DNA of 63,369 nucleotides, counting the filler, from Globobulimina sp. (taxonomy: Eukaryota): assembly GCA_003354225.1 (NCBI GenBank). It is 18 parts of 18 records of this genome, joined end to end, with 100 filler letters (N's around TTAATTAATTAA, not from the genome) between each part and the next. Parts side by side here need not be neighbours in the genome. Positions count along the whole stretch, not along the records: positions 24,700 to 28,126 come from PIVH01002827.1; positions 28,227 to 31,652 come from PIVH01002828.1; positions 31,753 to 35,178 come from PIVH01002829.1; positions 35,279 to 38,704 come from PIVH01002830.1; 14 more parts are not named here. One strand, written 5' to 3'. Both the position numbers and the translations under genes were made by a program. The notes below the pieces were generated by a model that saw only the letters and a program-made list of their open reading frames with translations, had not been told where the DNA came from and searched no databases. Below, one piece after another: positions 24,816 to 37,773 of the stretch (positions are counted from its first letter, which is position 1; each line of letters opens with the position of its first letter).

Positions 24816-27800
24816 TTACATTTGTTTAACACTCCATTTAATCATACATCGGTCATGCAATCCAACCGAAATAAGTCGTTCCTGTTCCGGTATAAATGAT
24901 ATTTTGCTGATTTGCCCATAATGATGTTTAAAGGAATTATTTGCTTTTTGGTTCAAAGCCGGTAACTTATGCAAGCGAATAATACCAAACTTATCCGCAG
25001 ACGCCACAATTTTCAGCGACTGACAAATATCCGCATCACACAACTCTGACTTGTTCCAATTCATTGTATCTTTTTGATACAACCCTTTCAATATATAGCT
25101 TGTTAACGGAATCCGTGGCCACCACACAATATCACACGGTGCGAACGACACTCTTTCGTTAATACTCCTTTTTTTATGACAAATATTATAAAACTTCGTA
25201 TCATATTTCTCCGTCACTGCACATAACATATTATCATCCTCACTGAAATACAAATGCTTAATAACATCATTATTACTCAAATTCAGATTATTCGAATTTA
25301 TCTCCCATTTGAAGCACTTATATTTATTCGATGACCCATTCATTTTCTCCACATTGAACAGCAACAATTGAGCCAAATGCCCCACGGCCACCGCCAACAC
25401 ATTCTTCTCGTAACTAAAGCACAGCGCAGTGATGGCTTGATTCACTTTGATATTCTTGGCCCGGTTGTTTTTATAAAGCGTCAGATCGATTTCCTGACAT
25501 TTTTTCAATGGATGCGCTGTACACAAACACACCTTCGCCATATTATAGCCGGTGGCGATAAATTTGCCGTCCGGACTCCAGGCAATCACACTCGACTTCA
25601 ATTTGTTGTTGTTTTTCTTGTCTCGCTCACTGATCAACGACTGCAACGCCACGCAATTATCCAATCTATTTTTATTTTTTGTTTTCTTTTTCTTAGTAAT
25701 TTTCATATTCCATAGCCGCAATAATCCATCCTCGGATAGACTGGGAATCAACGAGTCTAATTTTGGCGCTAAGGCTATACCGACAAGGACCAGACTATGG
25801 CCACCAAATATAATTTGCAAGTCATTATCTCCGTTTTTTAAATTGATATTCGACACTGAGATGATGGAATTGCAGGCGGTGCCGATGTATAATACGCCGG
25901 AGATGCTGTCATAATACACGCAATGCGGATATTTACTGATATTATCCATTGGCGGCACGAAGGAATCCTCGATAATGATCCGGATCGCGCCACATTTAAT
26001 AATCTTATTAGAATAGTCTGAAATGCACCGTTTCTCCTCATATTCGTCCTTATCCTCATCACTGTCCTTATTCTCCTTTTGTTCGTGTTCTATGCTCTCT
26101 TTTTCCTTGATTTTGTCATAGATCTCCTTCATTTTATTGTTTTCGTAGTCGATGCTCCATATTTTCCATATTCCATCGTAGCCGATGGAGACAAATTGAT
26201 TGCATAATTTGTAAGCCACTATGCTTTGTATCCGCTGATTGTGCGCCGGCAGTGATAATATGATCGTGTTCTTGTACCCGATATAAATAGTACCCGATTG
26301 TCCGCCTAATACATAATAGCCCGCATTATATTTATTCTTATTTGCATCTAAAAACAGTCCGCAATGATATGCTTTTTCCTTCTTCCCATCCGTCGACCCT
26401 TTTGGTTGCAATTTGTTAATCTTACAATACTTCACTTTATAACTATACTTCTTATTTTTGCTGCCTCTGCGCTTCATATTACCTTTTTTGATCTGGCACC
26501 AATACAAAATATTGCTGCCATACACAATGAATTGGTCCATATATCTCTCGCGTATACTCGCCGTGGAATTGAATATCATGCCGTAAATCTTTACATTTTT
26601 ATTATTGCCGCCATACGTTTTGAACTTTATGTTGATCACCGCTTTGGTAATAATCTTATTAATGCCATTTCCATCCACACGGAACGCGATCAATTGCGTG
26701 TTTTTATGGTCCGCTCCGCACGTTAAGTACAACAACGATGACAGCGGCGAGAAGTTCAAATGTCGCACCGCTCCGATAATATCACCGCACTTTATCTCGC
26801 AAATGTTATTCAACGTATATTGGTCCCAGACCTTAACCACCGACACATTTTTACTCAGCTCAGACTTGAGTGACGCAGTACAGATATAGTTCTTATACAC
26901 AGTGAGACTCGTAATGGCACACTTATGCTGGGCGTAAATCAGTTGCTTATTGCTCTCGACATCGTGCACCACGGCCAAACACCCGACGTTGTACACCAAA
27001 CTGCCATTTTTCAGAGCATACAGGTTATTCCTGCACAGATTGTCAAAGCCATTGTACCCAGTCACGTGTTGCAGCACTAGCTTATATCCCGGCGCTTTCT
27101 CCTCTTGCTCGTATTTAGTATATTCCATCCGCGGCACCAGCGACTTCAACCGCTTATTCGCGAACATATACTCCATCTCCATCTCGTTGTTTTCCTTATA
27201 CTCCGTGGTCAGCGACTGATTGATGCTCTGTCCGCGAGCACGGGGCAACACCTCCGGCTCTTTCACGTCGTCGCCGAGTTTGGCCTCGATCTTCAAATTC
27301 TTGTCCCCTCCGACTTTGGGCGACTTGTTCTTCTTTTTCACTTTCTTCTTTTTGTCATCATGGAACATTCTCGCACTGCTCCGCTTTTTGTTGGCGTTCT
27401 TCTTTGCATTCTTCGGCGTCCCCACTTTTTTCGGCGTGCCCACTTTTTTCACCTTCTTGGCACTTTTGTTTTTTTTATCCTCCACAATCACTTTGATTTT
27501 CTTATTCTTGCTCTTTTTGCCTGCCTTGGCGCCATCTTTTTTGCCGCCGGTATTCTTGCGCTTTTTCTTGCCTTTCTCCTCCTTTTCTTTGTCAAAAACG
27601 AAGCTGTGCTTCTTCCCGCGGCTCCCAACGCGCGCACTGTGCGGCCGCGTGTCCTGTTTAGGCGACACCAGTTTGCTCGCAGTCGAACTGTTTTCCTCAT
27701 CGGAATGCGTCTCATTCATCGCCGCCGCCAGTTTGCCGGCGGTGTAGCTGTTCCAGTCATAGTCTCCGATATCGATATCTTGGTCGTAATCCGCATCGCC

Positions 27801-28126
27801 ATCCACATCGATATTGTCCAGATCGCCGTCGCCGTCGCCCATCACCCCGCCGCTGGTACTGTTGTTGTTGGTGGATTTGCTCTCACCGCGCCGGCGATAA
27901 TCGTCCAAGGAACCCGACGTTTTCTGTATTTTGCTATGATCGCCGCTCATCTCGTCCTGTAATTTCAAGTCTATCTCAGAGTTGCTTTCATCGCTCGGAT
28001 ACTCATCGAACCGATAGCCTTTCTCCAAGGGCGAGGGCGGCGGCGTCATCTCTCGATCGCCGTAGTCCGGCGCCAGCATACTCGGATACTCTTCGATGCT
28101 GATCTGAGCCACGGCCAGTTTTTTTT
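24816..28126 (-). CDS. EML/EMAP-like WD40 microtubule-associated protein, 5'-partial
   Basis: HELP-like L.LQHV.GYNG...CRNNL...LVY.VG..AVV.D, multiple WD repeats, Lys-rich disordered N-terminus. Confidence 0.8.
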
Positions 28127-28226
28127 NNNNNNNNNNNNNNNNNNNNNNNNNNNNNNNNNNNNNNNNNNNNTTAATTAATTAANNNNNNNNNNNNNNNNNN
28201 NNNNNNNNNNNNNNNNNNNNNNNNNN

Positions 28227-28466
28227 CCAATAAATGAGATAATTGAGAAAAGTAACAAACATGATGTGGTTGATAAGAGTGTGAGTGATAACACTGATAA
28301 AAATGACAAAGATGATATTTATTTTGATGAGAATAATAATATTGAAAATGATGAAAATGATGAAAATGATAACCATGATACTAATTCGGATGATAAAAAT
28401 GAACATTATATTGAAAATGAGGAAAATGATAAAAATGAACAAAATGATAAAAATGACAATCAATAA
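28227..28466 (+). CDS. D/E/N-rich low-complexity C-terminal fragment
   Basis: GAT/GAA/AAT-rich frame (DKNDKDD...ENDENDEND) ending TAA. Confidence 0.35.
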   Translation, partial: PINEIIEKSNKHDVVDKSVSDNTDKNDKDDIYFDENNNIENDENDENDNHDTNSDDKNEHYIENEENDKNEQNDKNDNQ

Positions 28467-28761
28467 CTTTTTTATTGTTTTTTTGTATTCCTTACGGATC
28501 TCATTTGTTTATATTTTTAGTATTATTAAATATTGTAAACACTTCTTTTTATAATTATAGCTTCAAAAACACTAAGATAATTATAGCTGTATACTGTTCG
28601 GATAGGGGTTGTTTACCATGGCAAAAACACTTTTGTTTGTTTTATCTTTATTGTTTTGAAACGCATCATTTTAACCCCACAAATCCGCAACTCATTTTCA
28701 AAAACGCGATGGTTTCAAAAATGCGCTATTATAAAGTAGTTAAATACATATTTTTTGTCAG

Positions 28762-29484
28762 TCACAATTTACTTTTTGTGTTATTTGCCTTCCATAATTG
28801 GTTCCAAACCTCATCGTTTAGCTCCTGCAAAGAAGGCAATATCCTGTCAGCCACTTCAAATGCGACTGTATGGTTTGGATAATCGAACGGAATGCTTATT
28901 ACTTTCATTTGTGCCGCTTTGGCAGATATGGTACCACTTAGTGAGTCTTCAATGGCCAAACAATTTCTTGGATCCACACCCAATTTATTGGCTGTATTCA
29001 AATAAACTTTTGGATGCGGTTTCCCATATTTCAAATCCTGTGCGGATTCAAATAGAATAAACCTATCATAAATATTAACCATCGGATGTAAACGTTGCAT
29101 GACAGCATTTATTAATTTTAAATGCGAACTCGATGCAACTGCTAGTTTGATATTTGCTTGTTTTGATTGTATAAAATCCAATGCATATTTTAATCCTTTT
29201 AATGGCTCACCTTTTTCCAACACGCAATCAATTACTTTCCCGATAATCATATCACATAATTCTTTTTTTGTTATATTCAATTTCTTTTCATTCCATGGGT
29301 TTTCTTTATATCTCATTTCAACAATCTCACCAATACGAATTCCCATTGTTTCCTCACATTCTTGTTTTGTCAGACATATATTTACGTTTTCAAAGCATTC
29401 TATTTCCGCTTCGTGCCAAAATGGTTCACTATCTATCATTACTCCATCCATATCAAATATCACTGCTTCACACTGCAAGGTCAT
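28762..29484 (-). CDS. HAD-superfamily sugar phosphatase (HxpB/YniC-like) with C-terminal SKL
   Basis: IFDMDGVMIDSEP, AVASSS, GKPHP.VYL, CLAIEDS; ends KSKL*. Confidence 0.9.
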   Translation of the reverse strand: MTLQCEAVIFDMDGVMIDSEPFWHEAEIECFENVNICLTKQECEETMGIRIGEIVEMRYKENPWNEKKLNITKKELCDMIIGKVIDCVLEKGEPLKGLKYALDFIQSKQANIKLAVASSSHLKLINAVMQRLHPMVNIYDRFILFESAQDLKYGKPHPKVYLNTANKLGVDPRNCLAIEDSLSGTISAKAAQMKVISIPFDYPNHTVAFEVADRILPSLQELNDEVWNQLWKANNTKSKL

Positions 29485-29671
29485 TGTCAGGATTGCCTGT
29501 CTTGGACTAGAATGGTACAGAAACGCTCTATTAATTCTAAATATCAGTCCAATAAAATAAATGCAATTTGAATCACTGATGGACATATTCGAAAACCCCA
29601 AAAAACAAACAATAAATTATGATTAATAATAGCCCACCCAAAAAAAACAAGAGTTAGTCAATAATATTATG

Positions 29672-31652
29672 TCATGCCAATATCTTCCTTAATACGTTCC
29701 TATCCTCGTCATTTAACAATGATATAACACGTTGAAAAGCTTTGCCATGTTGATTTGATATTTTTTTTGTAAAGTCTTTGCCCCATTGTTCAAAGTCCAT
29801 ATAAAATATTTTATCATTTGCAGCTTCGGGACATAACTCCAATTCAATATCTTTAAATTTACCGACAGAGCTTGCTTTACTCTGCGACTGAATCACTTTA
29901 TTCTTTCCGTTTCTTAATAATGATATTACATTATTGCCCTGTTGTAGTGTTTTAATATAATCGTCATCCTCGGAACCACACTCTTCGTCTGACGATGAAT
30001 TGCTATCATTATCATTCTGCACTTCCTCTTCATTTGGATTATATTCGTCATCCTCCTCATCAGTTTCCTCATATTCATATACATCCTCATCCTCGTCATC
30101 ATCCTCATCATCCGCATCTTCATCCTCTTCACAGCCATATTCCTGACACTCAGCCACTAAGTCTTTAAAAGTATTGATTAAAAGTTGAAAGAATTTAGCC
30201 ACAAATGGCATTTGCGTAAATTGCAATTGGTTTACATGGGCTGTTGACCGCGTGGCTCGCGGCGCATTAATATTTATAATCGGATAGCCATCAAAGGACA
30301 TATTATTTACAACACTATTATTATTATTTAATATTTTCGCTAACGCAGTGATGGATATTTTCTTATAATACGGATATATAAAATCGTTATGACCATTGAC
30401 CCATAAATTTAAGATATAATTTAATTTCTGGTTCTTGGATAAAAATTGTATAATTAGTTTTTCATTATATTCATGAATTAATTTGGGAAATATTAATAAC
30501 AATTCATTGCGTAATGAGGCCGTGGAACAGTTATTTATGCGATTAATTATTGTTAATAAGAGATTGCTAAACATGGAGTCATTTAAGGTACATTTTAAAT
30601 TAATAATTAATTGATTTATTAATGAGCCAATGCCAATGGATGCATTCTCGGGTATCTCTGATGATAAATATTTGGATATTATTTGACAAATTTGTGCTGT
30701 GTGTTTACCATCGATGATGAATTGCGGATTGCTGTTAATTAATAAACATAACAGTTTGGCACAAATATTCATTTGTAAACAATCTTGCGTTGAATACACT
30801 AAATTTAAAATCTTTGGTAAAAATTCTTTATAAAATATAATATTTAGTTGCGTATTATTATTATTTTTATTTTTAAACGCATTTATCATTAAAATATATA
30901 AGATTTCTAATGAAGTATTGATGACATCCACACAAATGTCACTAGACTGCGATGACAATATATTTTTTAAAGTCGGTATAACATGTTTCGCCACATTATG
31001 TATATTGATTTGAGCATAAATTGAGACAACCTTTTTAATATAATGTGTGGTATCTTGATTTAAACAATATTTGGACCATAAATTAATAATTAATGGAATA
31101 ATTTGTGCCTCATACTCAGAGTTACTACATTTGTTTTGATTATATTTAATTATAATACATAAGGAGGACAATAAATATTTCAATGTTGACGCATCCATTT
31201 TATTTAATAAGTCACATAATAATGGGATTATATTATTATATAAGCTTCCAATATCACCTTCGTTGCCATTGCTGCATAATATCATCGTTTCAAAACATTT
31301 AAATGACATATATTGAATAGATAATATATTTGTTGACTTCATACATTGATAAATTTGTGGTAATATCTGTTTTTTTGCTGCGCTATTTAAGGAATATAAA
31401 AATTTATTTAAAGTCCACAGTGCTCGATATTGTAACAAGGCTTGTGACGAATTATGCAAATCTTTCCACAATATTTTCTGTAAGAAATCCTCCATTTTAA
31501 GTGTAGTGGAGGAAGAGGATGAACATTGGGCTAAATATCCGAATACTAATAAAATAGATTCCTTTTTTCCCATACAAACATCGGTGCTGTTTAATAAGTT
31601 TTTTGCGGATTGCAACAAGGAACTGTAGGCAGTTCGAGGCCGAATCTCTAAA
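29672..31652 (-). CDS. IPO9: Importin-9-like HEAT-repeat protein, 5'-partial
   Basis: L..RALW, IG.LI..LI, YYKKIS..AL..IL, TRS...FT.MP..AK...LLI, acidic loop near the C-terminus. Confidence 0.75.
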
Positions 31653-31752
31653 NNNNNNNNNNNNNNNNNNNNNNNNNNNNNNNNNNNNNNNNNNNNTTAA
31701 TTAATTAANNNNNNNNNNNNNNNNNNNNNNNNNNNNNNNNNNNNNNNNNNNN

Positions 31753-34700
31753 AAAGAAGTTAGAACAGATCGTGTTGTGAAATGTATGGTATTTTAACAG
31801 AGTTCAATCCTCTGTCATTTCAAAGAGTCTTTACTATGGAGAATATTATTGAGAGAACAATCATTTTAATATTCTTGATATTTTATGGTCTCCTAAAATC
31901 ATCACGGTATTGAATATGACCAGTCGCAACAAAATAGTCGTTTTTCAGTTAGTTAGTTTACTTTAAATCGAAAATCGTCTGTCAAGTCCTATTTAATACC
32001 GCCGTTGTCTTAACCTCAAATCAAGCTATTCAATCTTGCTTTAGCTACAAACGGGTTATCAATCAACCAAATGGCCGAAGATCCGAAAAAATACGTGAAT
32101 GGTACACACGTACCTGAAAACGTTTATTTTTACGCAGAAGATTTACAATTTGGACACACTATTCTCGCGACAAAGATTAAATCTGCAGCGAATCGCGGAT
32201 TAATTTCGAGTCAAAGTGTTGCTGCAATTGCAGCATTGATAAAACAAAAATTAATCAATCCGTATGGGAATAGTTTAGGTATTAACATTGATTTAATTGC
32301 AATCAATGATGCCTATAAAAGAGCGAAGACGTACGAGGAAAATCATGAAGACCATGCACAGATCAATCATGATGATATCGCTGATCTTATTTCCAACAAA
32401 TTATGGTTTGAAGAGAAACTTGGACCACGGAGACAGAAAACGTGGGATAAAAAATTAACTGAATTTGACATCCCATCTCAGATCGAAGAGTGGGATTTCC
32501 CCGAACCACCACCAATTGAATCGAAATCTTTACCAAGAAGGGAAGAGTCAGAGAGTGATGGAGAGAGTGATAAAGAGAGTGATAAGAAAGATAAGGAAGA
32601 AGCGGAGGAATCTGATGAAGAGAATCTATTTGCTATGGAAGAGAATGACATAAAAATAGATCTGGACGTTGAAAAAGATGGAAGTCCGCCGTTGATCTGG
32701 AGTGATGAAGTAGCAAATATTCGAAAAAGAATATCTATGTTTAAAGATTCACAATTTGTAAAAGCTGAGGAAGCAAAGGCTTACGAAAAAGGATTTTATA
32801 ATCGGTATAAGATGGTAATTAATTATCGGGTGAAAATGTTAAAACAGATTGCAATTTTTGAGAAACAATCTGAAATTTCTTATGTTGATTATGCAGAACG
32901 TTTCAATGCGTATAATCATCGAATGACGCAATATCTGGTAAATTACCGTATTTTCTATCATCTCCCTCCTGCTTCTGTGAAATTTATGCGATTATTGAAT
33001 TTGCGAGAAAATAAATTGAAAACAACAATTATCGATACGTATTACAAACAATTTTTGTTTTTGGAGGAGAAAAAGTATATTGATAAGGCTGGAAAACGCA
33101 TCAAAGAATATTCAACATTGGATGTGATACCAAAGGAGTTATATCGTACGAAGAGGAATAAAGTTATCTTTACGGGAGGCACTGAAGAAGAGGAGAAAAA
33201 GGAAACTGATCCTTGGAAGGAATTGGATGAATTCCAACCTCCCCGTAAACGACGTAAAATCACTCATCATGTCGATGATGATGAGGAGATAGAATTTGTC
33301 GATGATATAATATCAACGTCAGCCGGTTCAAGCACATATTCTCGTGATCCGTTGATGAAAAACCTCATCAAACAAACCAATGAGTTGGCAAAAGCCATTG
33401 GTTGTATGCAGTCGAGAACAAATAAGAATAATTCGCCGCAAAAACAGTCAGTCAACGAGATGTTAAGGGATAAAAAGCGCGGTGTTTCCCGGTGGAGCAA
33501 AGAATTTTATGTCCATAAAACCACTGTGGGTTTTGAGACAATTGCCAAAAACACAGAGGATTATCAATCAAAATTGAATCAACAGGACACGTATCAAAGA
33601 ATGATGAATCATAACAGCAATAAGGAGGTAGTCGAAGATATTCAAGGTTTGTAGGATCTGTATCCTATATTTTCATGTGAGTCGCGTGGAAAATATGCTT
33701 TTTCACAATCTACTGTATGACTTTGGGATAAATTTTGAGTTTTGTTGATAGACACAATCACGTTTTACCTCTGGAGAGTAACGTGTATTGTATCTAATAC
33801 CTTTAGTATTGTAGTTACGAGTCATTTTTCTAGTTTTTTAGCCTACAAAATACAGAATTCAACACAAGTTGTGTATGAATGCAGAATCTGTATTGTTGAG
33901 CCACGCAAATATGAAAAGACAAGGATCGCAATTTAATGTCAAAGACATGACATATTTTGTGATCCTGTTCATTTTGTCAGATACATAAAAATGTAAAGAC
34001 CCAATGCAAGTAATTTTATTTATGTCTGTATACACTGTCAGATTCAGAGTCAGATGGCGAGAGTTCGAGCAGGACCAAGAAAAAGAAACTCAGAAAAAGC
34101 AAACCTATCAAGGCACAAACTGATTTATTGATGTTTCTTTGGAGAATTAATCGAAAGTCATTCACAAATATAATGTTAGGAATAATGAGGAATGCAAAGA
34201 AAACTCAACATTACATTTTAGCGAATAAGACAACAACAATTAATAATATATTCAAAGATAAATCAAATATATCGATTTATTTTGATGAGGTTTTAAAGAT
34301 AATTAATTTATGGCTTTTGTGCTTAAGCAATCATAGAAAGGAATTGATTGCAAAGTTGAAAGAAGTATATCGCAAAAAACGTATATCAAAAATTAAACCG
34401 TCAGATGAATTTGACAGATTTGTGAGAATGTTGAATGTGGAAAGTACGGACTGGCAGCAAGCCAGAATTATTTTGACTCCCTTAATATTGGATAATGTTT
34501 TGAATGAACAGATTTTTTATTTATTTGTAAATGAATCGATGGAATTAGCAGTAACCAAATCTATTTCCATTGTGGCAGCGTTCCAAAATGTGTCATTACG
34601 ATCAAATTTAGAATTAGCAAAGATTCAAAATCCATCGGTGGATCCTATGTGGATGCAACATATGTTTTTAGATTATGAACATATCAAACTATTAATACCA

Positions 34701-35178
34701 TTTGAGATGATACATGGACGAAATCGACCAGGTTCAATGAATATTGATAACAGCAATAAACGCTTGACTCCCTTCAATCTTTGGGATAGCAATGCTTGCA
34801 ATCAATTATTCCAAGATTCTGCAGACATATGATCAATTTGACTTTTCTGCTGACACAAAAGTGCCATTACCACACGTAGACGAGTAAAGACTTTTTTAGT
34901 TAACACCAAAAAACTTTCACAACACACAGGGACACACGGGAAGGAGATCGTTTCTATATTCAATTTAAGTTTCGATAGTTATCGTTTCCATAAATTATTT
35001 AGATTCGATCAATTCGGAGAATAGAGTTTCTAACACTTTGTTTTTCGGATATTTACCCGAAAGAAGTTAGAACAGATCGTGTTGTGAAATGTATGGTATT
35101 TTAACAGAGTTCAATCCTCTGTCATTTCAAAGAGTCTTTACTATGGAGAATATTATTGAGAGAACAATCATTTTAATA
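31753..35178. repeat. Exact 119-bp terminal direct repeat (31753-31871 = 35060-35178): circular or tandem unit of 3,307 bp
   Basis: The contig starts and ends with AAAGAAGTTAGAACAGATCG...GAGAACAATCATTTTAATA. Confidence 0.95.
32071..34832 (+). CDS. Orphan ~788-aa protein, probably nuclear (exons 32071-33646 and 34042-34832)
   Basis: CAAG|GTTTGT donor and TGTCAG|ATTC acceptor join the 527-aa and 234-aa ORFs in frame (EDIQ-DSESDGESSSRTKKKK); NLS-like PRKRRK; acidic tracts. Confidence 0.6.
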
Positions 35179-35278
35179 NNNNNNNNNNNNNNNNNNNNNN
35201 NNNNNNNNNNNNNNNNNNNNNNTTAATTAATTAANNNNNNNNNNNNNNNNNNNNNNNNNNNNNNNNNNNNNNNNNNNN

Positions 35279-36925
35279 AAATTTATTTTTATCAATATTT
35301 CTTTGATAAATATTCAATACATTTTCTTTTTTAATGGTGTCAATATATTTGTGTTCTGATAAACAACCATTGAACATAACACGTATCGCATCATCGATCA
35401 TATTATCCATAAAACATAAACTGACACCAACTAAAAACTCATCAAAGCCAATCCGTTGATAATTATTCAAAGCATTACTTTCTGTGTCAAATATATTAAA
35501 TAAACCTTTCATTTGTAATTTATGTTTAATCGGATCTCTATTGAATGCAATACAAAATTCATTATAATCAATATAGCCATCATGATTTAAATCTAATTTC
35601 TTAAATCTTTCAGCTAAATATGACACTGTTTTTGCTCTTAAATTTAATAACGACACAATGTCACCAACTATCATATGATTTAAATATAAATTTGATTTTA
35701 TTGAATTCTTAAATAACATAAAATCACTCAAGGAATGTGGTGTACATTCAAACGAAACTGCATTTTTTCTTAAATTATAATGCAATTAATATTGTGTAAT
35801 ATAATCCAAATCTGACTCAAATTGTATATATTTTCGTATTATATTACACAATTTAACAGTTTTAGCCCTTCGATACCTTAAATTGTCTGCAATAACGTTC
35901 CGGACATTTTGTGCGAACAAATTAATATCATTTATTTCATCCGTATTTGGAACGTATTCGTTTGATACATAAACATGACAATAATTTACAAATTGAGATG
36001 CAATTCTAATAACAAGTGATAATTCACTCTGTGTGGATACATATGATATATCTGCATATTTATTATCATTCCAGTTCAATGCAACCGGCAACACTGCTTT
36101 TTTTGCCATAAATGCACCATTTTTAAAACAAGTCAATGTCTGTATATTGGAGCACGTTCCTTGCGGGAAAATAATAAGCGGTGATAATCTATCATTATTT
36201 ACGTGATTTAATATTTGCTGTTTTGCATGATTTCGACCTTTTGCTCCATTCCGATCGATCCATAATACGTTCAATCCGTTATTGAGAATACGGCCAATTA
36301 TCGGAATTGAGCATATTTCTTTTTTTGCTGCAATACATCCATTGGCCGCCAACATTGATAATAATACCAATCCGTCAAATATTGTATTATGATTTGCTAC
36401 AATCACACGATAACGATGCTGTTTCAGTGCATGTTTACTTTGAATGGTTTTAGGTATCCAATAAAATCCAAAATTAAATAATATCAACCTTCCTAAATAT
36501 CGAATGCTTGAAATGCAAAATTTATTTGTTGGTGGTATTGATAATATATACATTCCACATAAAATAAAACATAATGAACATATTCGAATGTACACAATTC
36601 CATTCATGCAGAAAAAGTATATTTTAAACTTTGAATAGAATGATAATGGTTTAATAACAAAAGGATTCGCACCTTTATACCTTGGCACTCGTACTCGTAT
36701 TTTATCATCTCCTGCTCGTGTCATATAATCATCTTTTTCAGCATATTCATCATCTGCCACAATTTTAATATTATTTTGCAATGCTACTGCTTCACTGATA
36801 TTGCGAATCACCAAATGTGCTAAAAATGCCCCAGATGTAACTGTGAGAAGGGAACATGTCACTAATATTGGATGTGTTTGGATTGTTTGTAGACATCGCT
36901 GAGTAAAAGTGTTCTTACTTTCCAT
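35279..36925 (-). CDS. Lysophosphatidylcholine acyltransferase (LPCAT1/2-like) with EF-hands; intron 35876-35769; 3'-partial
   Basis: VANHNTIFD, FPQGT..N, FKNGAF; EF-hand DLNHDGYIDYNEF. Confidence 0.88.
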
Positions 36926-37773
36926 TGTTTGAAAATAATTAAAAAGGCATACTCAGTATTACGCATTTCACAAAAAACCTTAAATCTTAGCAGCTGTATA
37001 ATGTCATCAGTTAAACAGTTTATTTACTGTCATATATGCATTATTTGTAGCAAATATGAAATATTTAGGACACCAAAGAAGGATATAATACACTCGAAGA
37101 AGATAAAAAATTAAAAGAATACTCATGGGACGAGATTAAGAAACATAACCAAGAAAAGAAATTATTTGTAGTTTTTTATAATCGAGTTTATGATTTGACA
37201 GAGTTCCAAAATATTCATCCAGGCGGACCTGATATATTACACGATATTTCTGGCCAAGGTACTTAGTCATTTTCCAGAATATTCTGCGATATATATCTAA
37301 ATAAATACATATATAGATGCAACAGAGGAATTTGAGAGGATGTTACACACAGAAAAGGCCAGGAAACTGGCAAAAAAATATTTAAATGGAAGAGTGAAGG
37401 ATACAGAACAAGGAGACTTATTTGCTGCCAATGAGGCAGAACCAGCAAGTATGAACATTTGGGTCACCATTGCATTTTTGGTGATTGCTGTGGGTTTCGT
37501 ATATTTCTGTCCAGAATTTCTGAGAGTGCTGCTATGCGATACCAATGTTGATGGCCATCACTATTTAGGCGAAGGCGCTAAAAGGGCGTGAAAACGATCG
37601 GATTGCCATATTAAAGTATAGAAACAGTCGAATTATTTGATAATGACTTGAGCTATACACGTTTTTTTGTGATAAATAAGTCAATTGTTTGATTGTATAA
37701 TATAAAGCTACGTAATAAGTCATTCCATGTACGTGTTGATAAAAAAAAACTTTAGCACAAAACTGTGTTTATA

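Noticed and set aside
27105-27962. Long plus-strand ORFs and a GC-rich stretch suggesting foreign DNA
   Set aside because: Antisense shadows of the GC3-rich, Lys/Asp-rich EML N-terminus, which is one continuous frame
33875-34040. PHD-finger-like Cys/His spacing (CRIC...CQRH..C..H...CIHC), suggesting TAA=Gln readthrough
   Set aside because: It lies in the predicted intron, has TAA and TGA stops in frame, lacks one ligand, and TAA/TAG/TGA all terminate conserved genes elsewhere in the window
37340-37591. 83-aa ORF with one TM segment
   Set aside because: Possibly real, but short and without a recognisable motif
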